Virus record (IMG/VR): IMGVR_UViG_3300042294_002722
Length of the DNA stretch: 64,000 nt
From: an uncultured virus (IMG/VR IMGVR_UViG_3300042294_002722)
Lineage: Duplodnaviria; Heunggongvirae; Uroviricota; Caudoviricetes
Direction: 5' to 3' (one strand)
The position numbers were made by a program, and so were the translations under genes. Positions within the stretch are counted from its first letter, which is position 1, and the number at the start of each line of letters is the position of its first letter. Below are positions 55,650-64,000 of this stretch, piece after piece. The notes beneath the pieces are model-generated. The model saw only the letters and a list, made by a program, of their open reading frames with translations, made no database searches and was not told the origin of the DNA.

Positions 55650-56539
55650 CAGTTCTTTGTTCTGACCTACACCTTCGTCATACGGTCCCCTCGGGCCGTG
55701 CCGAATCGAACTGGTACGATGTCATGTTTCCGTACCTAAAGAACCTACGAGAGGTGTCCTATCGTTACGGAATCCCGATTATCTGCGCGGGAGACGTATT
55801 CGACCGATGGAATCCCCCGGCTGAACTGGTTTCGTGGGCCATTGACCACCTACCTGAGATGTATGCGATTCCGGGGCAGCATGACTTGAATGGGCATGAC
55901 TACGAAAGGCGAATGGACGGGGCATACGGGGCACTGGTAAAAGCTGGCATTATCCATGACTTGATACCCGAGGCATGGACCGTAATCAGGGGTGGAGTAG
56001 CGGTTTGGGCCAATCCCTGGGGTCGGTATCTATTTCCCGATCACGGGCCATTGATACATAGTGAAGTTTCTTTGCAAGTGATCCACAAGTATGTCTACAC
56101 AGATTCAACTCCGAGCAAATACTACGGAGCGCCAGAAGACGCAGAGTATCGAGCGTGCCTATCAGCAAACAGCAAGTTAGTGGATTACATACTTATCGGG
56201 GACAATCACATCCGGTGGAACACCCTGGAGGCAGGGAATCCCGGTAGCCTGATCCCCATGAAACAGGACCAGATAAACCATAAGCCTGCCTACGGCTTGC
56301 TATCTTCTTCGGGCCTTGCCGAATGGTATGAGTACGATGTACCCGCTCCTAAGTGGCAGACCCTAATGTACGCAGCGTCCCTGACTGAAAAGGTCGCGGA
56401 CGATGTAATCGCGGCTCTCGGCAGCCTAGAAACTGTATCAGAGTCTTTTTCGGATCGTCTTTTCCATGCCGCCGAAAACGCCGCTTGCCTAGAACTTTCT
56501 AAAATTTTGAGGGAAGTGTGGGAGCAGACTCGGAAATAG
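55622..56539 (+). CDS. sbcD: SbcD/Mre11-like nuclease
   Basis: SDLH, AGDVFD, PGQHD, GDNH, NPGS. Confidence 0.9.
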   Translation: MPIVQPSPVAVLCSDLHLRHTVPSGRAESNWYDVMFPYLKNLREVSYRYGIPIICAGDVFDRWNPPAELVSWAIDHLPEMYAIPGQHDLNGHDYERRMDGAYGALVKAGIIHDLIPEAWTVIRGGVAVWANPWGRYLFPDHGPLIHSEVSLQVIHKYVYTDSTPSKYYGAPEDAEYRACLSANSKLVDYILIGDNHIRWNTLEAGNPGSLIPMKQDQINHKPAYGLLSSSGLAEWYEYDVPAPKWQTLMYAASLTEKVADDVIAALGSLETVSESFSDRLFHAAENAACLELSKILREVWEQTRK

Positions 56540-56590
56540 ATCGATACTTATGTAGACACTGCCAAGAGGTCTTGTACATAGCCTCGGGCA

Positions 56591-56929
56591 GTGGGAACGA
56601 GCATTTACTTGAATGCCCGTTCGGGTATAGACCAGGAATCAGTCCATGCAAACCAAGGGGAAGACGTAACTGTGGTAGCTGCAAACAAACTCGACAAACT
56701 CGTAAAGGAACTCCAATCTTTGCAGATGGCGAAAGCCCGTCTGGAGGGGGAACAGAAACAGTTGATGAAGTCGTTGAATGAACTCGGCTTTGATTCCGTA
56801 GAGGATGCGTCTGAGGAACTGGATCGCTTGGACGAGTTTTTAAGACAAGAAGGGAGCCTGCTCGATGCCGACTACGAACAATTCCAGACCCAGTACGCTG
56901 ACGCGATCCAAGCTGCACAGGCTAAGTAG
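56591..56929 (+). CDS. Small coiled-coil protein (true start possibly GTG 56672)
   Basis: Heptad-rich ORF between sbcD and the SbcC C-terminal half. Confidence 0.5.
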   Translation: MGTSIYLNARSGIDQESVHANQGEDVTVVAANKLDKLVKELQSLQMAKARLEGEQKQLMKSLNELGFDSVEDASEELDRLDEFLRQEGSLLDADYEQFQTQYADAIQAAQAK

Positions 56930-57464
56930 CGAATTATCCCTCAAGCAGAGACAACTTGAAGATACTAGGGCACAGCTTATGTATGCACAGGATCGACAAA
57001 GATTCCAAGAAACCGCCAAAGAAGTCATTCGGCAGATAGGTGCAGAATGCCAGGAAACCGCACAGGCTCAAATAAACACCGTAGTAACGCGATGTTTGCA
57101 GGCTGTCTTTGGTCCCGGATCGTACCAGTTTCGTTTGGTATTTGAACTCAAACGGGGCCAGACAGAAGCCCGGGCTGTTTTAATCGATGCCCAGGGCAAC
57201 GAACTGGACCCCGTACAAAGCGTGGGCGGGGGCATTTTGGACGTAGTGACATTCGGGCTACGCCTCGCGTGTCTTGCGTTGATGCGCCCCCGCCCGGCGC
57301 AGGTACTGATTCTGGATGAACCGTTTAGGTTCCTAAGCGAGCAGTACCGCGAAAACGTGAAGCGACTCATGGTTGAGTTGTCAGAGGAGTTGGGAATACA
57401 GATAATCCTGGTCACGCACATCTCTGAATTCATGGACGTTGGGCATCTAATTACGGTGGTATAA
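56865..57464 (+). CDS. sbcC: SbcC/Rad50-like ATPase, C-terminal half
   Basis: Signature VGGG, Walker B LILDEPF, H-loop LVTH. Confidence 0.88.
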   Translation: MPTTNNSRPSTLTRSKLHRLSSELSLKQRQLEDTRAQLMYAQDRQRFQETAKEVIRQIGAECQETAQAQINTVVTRCLQAVFGPGSYQFRLVFELKRGQTEARAVLIDAQGNELDPVQSVGGGILDVVTFGLRLACLALMRPRPAQVLILDEPFRFLSEQYRENVKRLMVELSEELGIQIILVTHISEFMDVGHLITVV

Positions 57465-57465
57465 A

Positions 57466-57672
57466 ATGCGAGATACTGGAGCAACTACTAAATCAGAGTA
57501 TGTTCTGAGGTACGGAGTGCATGAAATTGACGAAGATGTGGCAAATGCTATGTTTGTAGCCACGAATGCTGATCCAGGGTCCAATGAGAAGATAGAGATC
57601 ATGGCAAAGCGATTTGAATTGGGCCAGCCCATTTTTCATCCGGACGACAAGACTTACGGAAACCAAGCATGA
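57466..57672 (+). CDS. Small hypothetical protein (PGSxEKIE...FHPDD motif)
   Basis: 68-aa ORF coupled to neighbours. Confidence 0.6.
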   Translation: MRDTGATTKSEYVLRYGVHEIDEDVANAMFVATNADPGSNEKIEIMAKRFELGQPIFHPDDKTYGNQA

Positions 57673-58427
57673 AATTCCTTTGCCTGACTCCTCTGTATAA
57701 CCATCATCAACGGCTTACTCAGAACGTGTACCAAGCACTCGTTGACCAGACCCACGGTGACTGGGTTTGGGTGCTAGGAGATGACAGGCCGTGGGAATCG
57801 CAATTACCGGGACTTCTTGAACCAGACCCCCGAGTTGTAATAAAGCGATTCCACACCAGATGCGAAAGCATGGGCGAGAAGTACACGGCTATGGTCGCAC
57901 ACGCAGAAGAACAAGGCATCCAGTGGGATGCGATTGCCATCATGGACGGCGATGACATGTTCATGCCAAAGCACCTTGAGAAACACGCGGAGGCACTTTC
58001 CTGGGGCCTCTACAGCCGTCCTAGCGTAGTGCTTACAGCGATGACCGGGATTGTGCAAGTGGAGTCCTCGACAGGCCGGTTCTGGAGTTCTGTAGCGTTT
58101 ACTCGTAAAGGGTTAGAAAGAGTGGGCGGTTTTGGGGACTCTAAGTTTGTCGGATTTGACCAGGAGATGCTGAAAAAATTCAAAATGCTCTGCGGGGAAA
58201 CCGACCACGAAACACCGACTTACGTTTATCGGTGGGCTGATACGGCGAGCGACCATGCTTCCGGACACAGTTCTGGATTTGCCTGCACTGAGTGGTGGGG
58301 CAAAGTTCCTGTGATGCCAGGAGAAGGGCTTCTGTATCCTAGGTACGACGATGCTACGGACATTTTTATCATTCCTGGGGCTGAGGCAGTCTATGCAAAA
58401 CGAAAAGAATCTGGGCTTTCGTATTAG
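57669..58427 (+). CDS. GT-A fold (GT2-like) glycosyltransferase
   Basis: LTPLYN, DQT, GDD, MDGDD, GFD. Confidence 0.75.
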   Translation: MKFLCLTPLYNHHQRLTQNVYQALVDQTHGDWVWVLGDDRPWESQLPGLLEPDPRVVIKRFHTRCESMGEKYTAMVAHAEEQGIQWDAIAIMDGDDMFMPKHLEKHAEALSWGLYSRPSVVLTAMTGIVQVESSTGRFWSSVAFTRKGLERVGGFGDSKFVGFDQEMLKKFKMLCGETDHETPTYVYRWADTASDHASGHSSGFACTEWWGKVPVMPGEGLLYPRYDDATDIFIIPGAEAVYAKRKESGLSY

Positions 58428-59106
58428 TAAATCGGAATACATAGATGTAAATGCTATCTATGAACTGCATCACGGTAATCTAGGGGATCACTGGACTTCA
58501 TACAGCCTTATGGCCCTTCTGGGGTTACGCTTTGACCTTCCAAAGGGGTTCACCTACAAGCTGGGTACTTTGAACGGGGGGATGGATTACACAGGCAGAT
58601 TGCAAGAGATCGATGCCCTTTTCTCAGAATTTGAGTACCGGCCCCAGCTAGTTCGGGAACAGGGAACAGTCAAAGTCGATCCCTGGTTGAACTGGTCTAC
58701 CCCGCCGCTGATGGTTGATAAGAGATTCCGGTGGTCCCTGCAAAAATGCGAGCCGTATTTCTGCTACCAGTTTGACGGTCTATCGGCTGCTGAGAGCAAG
58801 AACCCGCCCCCTAGTTTGATTTTTGCAGTCAAGCAATCCCTAAAATCCAAAGGGTATCGTTCCGTTAGGCTAGGGTCGCATGTTACTTTGCAGGAGTCTG
58901 CCGAGTTGCTTTCCCGGTGCAGTCTTTTTGTAGGGTGCGATAGCGGGTTCAGCCACATCGCCCACAGTGTTGGATGCCCGGTTTACATGTACGAGGGCAG
59001 TCTGCCGGTGTACACGGCACACCGGCTAAAGCAGAACGACATCTTTAAGAGTCTGCCGGAGTTTGAAATGAAACTCCAGCATTGGCATTCCTTTTTGACG
59101 ATTTAG
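58351..59106 (+). CDS. GT9 (heptosyltransferase-like) glycosyltransferase; start uncertain
   Basis: GNLGD; LFVGCDSGFSHIAHSVGCP. Confidence 0.75.
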   Translation: MLRTFLSFLGLRQSMQNEKNLGFRISKSEYIDVNAIYELHHGNLGDHWTSYSLMALLGLRFDLPKGFTYKLGTLNGGMDYTGRLQEIDALFSEFEYRPQLVREQGTVKVDPWLNWSTPPLMVDKRFRWSLQKCEPYFCYQFDGLSAAESKNPPPSLIFAVKQSLKSKGYRSVRLGSHVTLQESAELLSRCSLFVGCDSGFSHIAHSVGCPVYMYEGSLPVYTAHRLKQNDIFKSLPEFEMKLQHWHSFLTI

Positions 59107-59108
59107 GT

Positions 59109-61139
59109 CTACTTGCAAAGACCTTTTTCGATCTTCTTTTCTGCGGCACGGATTGCTCGTAATACCGCCAGCTTGACCACGGGTCGCACATAGAGGTGGC
59201 CCATGTTTCGTTTGTCGGCTTCTTCCTTGAGCCAGTCTAGGATCGTCTCTAACTCTTCGCGGCACTTAGCCGGTCCCCAATCATCCATCACGGCTGCGCG
59301 TGCGTTACAGGAGCAACCAGGGGCCGCCTCGATGCCTATAAGCTTTAGGGTGGCCTTTAGTTCTTGCCCGCAACCGCAAAGTTTTCCTTCGGGATCGAGC
59401 ATCCCGGGAAACAGTTTTACGGGGTCTTTGGGCTTGTCACCCGGCAGCCGTGACAGCACCGTCATCCCGTACTGGTTTTTCGCGTGTTCAGCGATGAACC
59501 ATTCAGGGTTCTGGTTGATAAATTGTGATATCCCCCAGAACATGCCCTTGCCGCCGCCCTCCCCGTCTACCCCGAAGATCGCGGTATCGTGAATCATTAT
59601 GCGTGAAGACACTTTGGGTGCATACCGAGTCAGTTCTTCCAGAACCCGTTCGCCGCTGTGGACTGTATCCAGGAACAAGAAATCTGTTTCTGGTATTTCA
59701 TCGACCAGCTTAGAATGGTCAAACGGAGCGATACTAAACTCCAGCGGTCGCCCGGAGTGCGTTTTTACCATGTCCTGGAGGATACCGATCAAGCTATCCT
59801 GTTCTTGTTGGAAACTGACCAAGACGGCAGGCTTGTCGCATCGTTTGTCACACTTGGACTTGTCGCAATTACCTCGGCAAGGGATTTTGCGTCCCAGTGC
59901 CCCTAACAACAGGGCAGTGGACTCTCGCCGTCCGGTGATGTCTACTGCATGGTGCATGTCAATGAGCCACTTCATAAACAGCCCGGCATGCTCGTTCAGA
60001 TCGCGAGGGGCCAGGGCTACGAAGTTCACTACATCATTGAGGGTTTCGTAATTCGTGGGCAACGGGAAACCGAGATTGGATGTCGCTGCCGCCGCTGCCG
60101 GTGCGGGACCGTTTGCCCTTGGCCTAGGCTGAAAAGGCTGGAACGCTACGGGATCGCGGGCAATGATGTCAAAGGTCGCTTGTGGGAACTTGACTTCGTC
60201 TACGAAGTGCTTACGCACCTCTTCGGTATCCCAATCCACATCTTTGTACCCGATCAGATAGTTTCTGATCTTGTTTTCCATTGTCAGGGGGTACGGAACT
60301 CCTCCCGGACGACCAAAACGATGCACCCATTTGATAAACGGCAGGCAGTAAGTTGTCCTGCCGTGTTTGCGATACAGGGCGTGATGCAGGATTTCCTCGC
60401 CGCCGAATCCCCGGAAATCGCGGTTAAAGGGAATCCAGTGTTCCTTGCTGGTTACAAATAACCCGAACCCTTGACCGGGAACCTCGAACGGCGGTTCGTC
60501 GTTGGTCATACCCATGACTTTGTAGCCGCGATCCACCAACTGTTGTTCATGACCGGGCCAAGGAATCTCGGTAGGAGTCCATTCGCCCTTGCTTTCTACA
60601 TGCAATTTGCGTAAATGCACACGGTTGTCAAAGTTTTTGCAGACGATAGCCGTCCCATCTGGATGCCGCCAAGCCGTGGCCCAAGTCCCGTTCATCTGGT
60701 CTTGAAAGCCGATCTCAAAGTGAGTGGAGACAAAGGAAAGCCCGTCATAAAGCAGCGGGCCGGTAAACAGATTCTTCTGCATCTCGGGAGTAGCTTCCCG
60801 TAGATGCTTCTTGAGCAAGTGAATGCCGTTTGCCTGAACGAAAACGTGAGGGTCCGTGACCATCACAAAATCGCCCTGGGCCTCCTCAATGATCTTGTTA
60901 CGGGGTTGCGATGTGCCGCCGATCTCTGTGTACGGGATATATCGGATATTTTCAATGTGAGAAATGCTTTGGATAAAGTCCCGAGTGGCCTGACCTTCTG
61001 GCGAGTCAGGATTGTTGTCCACGATGATGAACTCGCAGTCCCGGGTATCCTGGTACATGCGATGTGCTTGGACGGTGAAATAAACACCGTTGAAGTCATT
61101 GTAAGTGGCGCAACCAATGGTTAGAAAAGGCTTGCTCAT
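59109..61139 (-). CDS. Multidomain GT2 glycosyltransferase + methyltransferase-like domain + Cys-rich tail
   Basis: IIVDNN, RN..A.GDFV..D.H, GFGGEE; DFLFLDTVH, IMIHDT, QYGMTVL; CSCNARA. Confidence 0.8.
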   Translation of the reverse strand: MSKPFLTIGCATYNDFNGVYFTVQAHRMYQDTRDCEFIIVDNNPDSPEGQATRDFIQSISHIENIRYIPYTEIGGTSQPRNKIIEEAQGDFVMVTDPHVFVQANGIHLLKKHLREATPEMQKNLFTGPLLYDGLSFVSTHFEIGFQDQMNGTWATAWRHPDGTAIVCKNFDNRVHLRKLHVESKGEWTPTEIPWPGHEQQLVDRGYKVMGMTNDEPPFEVPGQGFGLFVTSKEHWIPFNRDFRGFGGEEILHHALYRKHGRTTYCLPFIKWVHRFGRPGGVPYPLTMENKIRNYLIGYKDVDWDTEEVRKHFVDEVKFPQATFDIIARDPVAFQPFQPRPRANGPAPAAAAATSNLGFPLPTNYETLNDVVNFVALAPRDLNEHAGLFMKWLIDMHHAVDITGRRESTALLLGALGRKIPCRGNCDKSKCDKRCDKPAVLVSFQQEQDSLIGILQDMVKTHSGRPLEFSIAPFDHSKLVDEIPETDFLFLDTVHSGERVLEELTRYAPKVSSRIMIHDTAIFGVDGEGGGKGMFWGISQFINQNPEWFIAEHAKNQYGMTVLSRLPGDKPKDPVKLFPGMLDPEGKLCGCGQELKATLKLIGIEAAPGCSCNARAAVMDDWGPAKCREELETILDWLKEEADKRNMGHLYVRPVVKLAVLRAIRAAEKKIEKGLCK

Positions 61140-61170
61140 AAAAATCCCTGTAAAACGTGTCCCGCTAAGA

Positions 61171-61208
61171 AACTCCTTGCATTATAGACAAGGAGTTCTA
61201 GGTTGCAA
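61171..61208 (-). promoter_or_regulatory. Promoter with its -10 box enclosed by an inverted repeat
   Basis: TTGCAA-N16-TATAAT on the minus strand; AACTCCTTG/CAAGGAGTT flanks the -10. Confidence 0.55.
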
Positions 61209-61222
61209 ATCTACCGAATAAC

Positions 61223-64000
61223 TCATTCTGGGGCCATTGTTGGGCCTGCCGTGGTCGCTGGTGCTTCCGTAGTTGTTGTGGTTGTCGGGGCTGCCGTGGT
61301 TGTCGGGGCTGCCGTGGTTGTTGGGGCTGCCGTGGTTGTTGGGGCTGCCGTGGTTGTTGGGGCTGCCGTGGTTGTTGGGGCTGCCGTGGTTGTTGGGGCT
61401 GCCGTGGTTGTTGGGGAGCCTAATTCTTCTGGGGGGACATTAGTAGTCACAGGAGGAATTTGAGTAGTCGTGCCCCCACAGAAAGGTGGATTACCAGATA
61501 AGCAAGTAACGCCGGTGTTCCAACTGCACGAGACTTGATTGTTTGAGTAGCTTATACAGGTTTCCAGCGCCACGCCATTTGTGCAACTATAAGACACAGG
61601 AAACACATTTGCATTAACACAGCAACAAGCACCTAGTAGTATAGTGGTTGTTGTGGTGCTAGTGGTAGTGAATCCGCAAGCGGCTAATGGGTTTGGTCCG
61701 CAGGTAGCGTTGGCTGTCCAAGACCCTCCGATTTCGGTACAGAATGACTGAGAGTAGCCCTCTCCGCATCCTCCTCCCCAAGGACTAGGCGGTACGCAGC
61801 AACGGCCTAAAGGAGTTCCTGTTGTGGTTGTTGTTGGACACGGGTTAGGAGAACATACACTGCCCGCACCCTGGAATGAACCGCCAGAATTGACGCATGA
61901 GTCTCGGGAACCGACAGTACAGGTTCCTCCCGGCCAGCAGCAGGCTCCAGGACCAATGGTCGTGGTGCTTGTGGTAGTCCCCGTGCCAGTGGTTGTACTG
62001 GTCGAAGTGCGAGTAGGTACAATCTCTCCGCACTGAAAATCGATCATATCACAATCAGACAGGCTTTGTGCTAATGGTGCGCCCGGACAAGGACAAGTGG
62101 TAGGGCAGTTATCAATAAATTTATTCCAACCACCATAACCGTTGCCCTTATAAGTGCATTTTCGTTGACAGCTTGTGGTGTTACAACATGCGCACTCTGC
62201 ATAACCTGATCCGCAACTTGTTTGAATGATCTGGCATACATTAGTCGGAGGGTCAGACGGTACGGAGCATCGACAATTTGCAAAACTAGAAACTAGACTA
62301 TTATCGCATCCCGGGGGGCCAAGTTTACAGCAGTCGCCGTGTCCTTCACCTAAATACACATAGCATGGTATCTCTTGCCATATATACTCAGTACCCGGGA
62401 AGTTAAATACTGAATAAAAAATGCAAGTACCGGAACAGCTACTACAAGGAGGACGCGGGCTAGTAGTAGGAGGCAAACCACAAGGAACCGAATAAGTATC
62501 CCCGCAACTTGCATTAGGTGGAAATGTCCCGGCGCAGAGATTGCCACCGACCATGACGCAATCGGTGGGGCTGGGCGTGCCACCAGGCCCCCAGGCATAA
62601 GGAGGCAACGTACAGTGGCAACTATTAAGAGCATTCTCACACCTCTCCGTCATCTGCCACTGGTTAAGTGACGATGAAATCGGCACGCTTACATATGTCC
62701 ATGTACATTGTCCGCAAGGCGCGGATGTAGTAGTTGTGCCTGTTCCAGTGGTAGATGTAGAACTGGTACAAATGCACCATTTTCGCCCGTCAAAACAAGT
62801 CGGTATCTCTGGTTCCGGAGTGGTCGCTGGACATTCTAACTCCGTACCTGCGCCTCCTGGAACGCACTCAGTTCTCACACACATCCCTGCTACATCAGGA
62901 CAACGTACAGGCGGCCTGCAACCGCAAGGCGCGATTGTCGTAGTGGTTGTCGTAAAAGTAGTAGTAGGGGCCGGGGTGGTTTCAGTTAAATCTTCTTCGT
63001 ACATCTCGCGCCATGCTGGCGCAAAATTGCACAGGTTACAGTCGTAGCCCGGAACACAAGGGGTTTCCCACTTCCATAACCTAGAGCCAGATTCGGCATA
63101 GTCCAGTCTGCCATGCCTGCGCCCCCAGCTAGCAAATCGTTCTCCCTCTACCCACAATACGCCATATCCCCAGTCTGGGTCATTCGGTGCGTCATCTATC
63201 AACCAGTTTCGCATACTGATCCACCAAGAGGTGTCCATTGGCAGCATACGAGGAGGGGGCAACTTTGGCCGAGTTCCTGGAGGGCATGACTGGCATATTG
63301 ACCAGTTAGGTGCGTACCACGCTAAGGGATTGCGGTCAGGCGGGTCAGAAACAGTGTTCAAACTGTCCTGAAATCCTGGTAGTTGCAACCCTTGAATCTC
63401 CCATCCATCCTCCTCAGCATATAAAAACGCATTACTCAGTGGTCTTGGTCCCGGATTCAGATCGAATCGTAGAAAGTCCGCAGACTCTAGGGCGTTTTGC
63501 CAGTTTGTTTGAAGATTGTCCCAGTTGAATGCCCTGTAGACCGCTTTACCTACTGGGTAATCACCGGGCAAAGGCAAATCAGAGGAACATGGGTCGTACA
63601 CACAGCTAGTCTGATGGTAAACCGCTGTCGCATTTTCGCTAGGCAAAACAGGAGGTTTTGCACCGATGGGGTACAACGGTCTGTAGCCCGGGTCACATTC
63701 TTTGCAAACCTGCCACGGTCCTAGGCCGCCTTGCAGCCTAGCAGCGCGAAATGTATTTGCAGGAATACTTGCTGTAGGGGCAAACTTATTAACTTGGAAA
63801 CAGGGATTCTGGCGATTGCTAGGCGACTCTGTCGTCGTTGTCGTACTGGTCGTAGTAACCATGAAAATACAACGACTCTCAATGTACGCATTCAAAGTGA
63901 AGCAGGGATCGCCCTGCCCGTAGCAAGTGCAAGGAGATGAGCATCCATCTGCTCCTGGGTTCTCTAACTGATAAGTCAACCCGGTAGAAGGAGCAGGGGG
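61223..64000 (-). CDS. Large Cys-rich, Thr-repeat (mucin-like) probable virion surface protein, 5' end beyond the window
   Basis: >918 aa open frame; repeated G(A/R)CC modules separated by poly-Thr linkers; C-terminal (PTTTAA)n. Confidence 0.75.
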   Translation of the reverse strand, partial: PPAPSTGLTYQLENPGADGCSSPCTCYGQGDPCFTLNAYIESRCIFMVTTTSTTTTTESPSNRQNPCFQVNKFAPTASIPANTFRAARLQGGLGPWQVCKECDPGYRPLYPIGAKPPVLPSENATAVYHQTSCVYDPCSSDLPLPGDYPVGKAVYRAFNWDNLQTNWQNALESADFLRFDLNPGPRPLSNAFLYAEEDGWEIQGLQLPGFQDSLNTVSDPPDRNPLAWYAPNWSICQSCPPGTRPKLPPPRMLPMDTSWWISMRNWLIDDAPNDPDWGYGVLWVEGERFASWGRRHGRLDYAESGSRLWKWETPCVPGYDCNLCNFAPAWREMYEEDLTETTPAPTTTFTTTTTTIAPCGCRPPVRCPDVAGMCVRTECVPGGAGTELECPATTPEPEIPTCFDGRKWCICTSSTSTTGTGTTTTSAPCGQCTWTYVSVPISSSLNQWQMTERCENALNSCHCTLPPYAWGPGGTPSPTDCVMVGGNLCAGTFPPNASCGDTYSVPCGLPPTTSPRPPCSSCSGTCIFYSVFNFPGTEYIWQEIPCYVYLGEGHGDCCKLGPPGCDNSLVSSFANCRCSVPSDPPTNVCQIIQTSCGSGYAECACCNTTSCQRKCTYKGNGYGGWNKFIDNCPTTCPCPGAPLAQSLSDCDMIDFQCGEIVPTRTSTSTTTGTGTTTSTTTIGPGACCWPGGTCTVGSRDSCVNSGGSFQGAGSVCSPNPCPTTTTTGTPLGRCCVPPSPWGGGCGEGYSQSFCTEIGGSWTANATCGPNPLAACGFTTTSTTTTTILLGACCCVNANVFPVSYSCTNGVALETCISYSNNQVSCSWNTGVTCLSGNPPFCGGTTTQIPPVTTNVPPEELGSPTTTAAPTTTAAPTTTAAPTTTAAPTTTAAPTTTAAPTTTAAPTTTTTTEAPATTAGPTMAPE
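61277..61397. repeat. 18-bp coding tandem repeat (GGGGCTGCCGTGGTTGTY) x ~7 encoding PTTTAA
   Basis: Directly visible. Confidence 0.95.

Overview
The window is a 64-kb stretch of a tailed dsDNA phage (Caudoviricetes) genome; a Planctomycetota host is suspected but not proven. From left to right it holds: (i) a minus-strand head/packaging block (terL, DUF1073-type portal, DUF2213-type protease/scaffold, decoration protein, encapsulin/Linocin-like major capsid, and an intein-containing papain-like peptidase), preceded by an HNH/AEP segment that may come from a different cos-type phage; (ii) a broken thermonuclease + N4C-methyltransferase pair; (iii) three tandem-repeat arrays at 18.8-21.4 kb followed by a plus-strand early-gene cluster punctuated by three circularly permuted twister-like ribozymes; (iv) accessory genes (methyltransferases, metallophosphoesterase, phoH), a promoter-driven ~460-nt structured non-coding region and a terS-like gene far from terL; (v) a long plus-strand replication/recombination module (SNF2 helicase, primase, DnaB, a PolA split into two distant genes, clamp and loader, SSB, RecA, split SbcC/SbcD); (vi) a glycosyltransferase cluster beside a Cys/Thr-rich mucin-like protein. 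The most striking elements are the three twister-like ribozymes between early genes, and an integrase-less array of four attC-like hairpins (45.86-47.06 kb) whose loops contain the RBS and start codon of the inverted cassette genes, interleaved with two enlarged tRNA-like RNAs. All calls come from reading motifs by eye; no database searches or folding programs were run.
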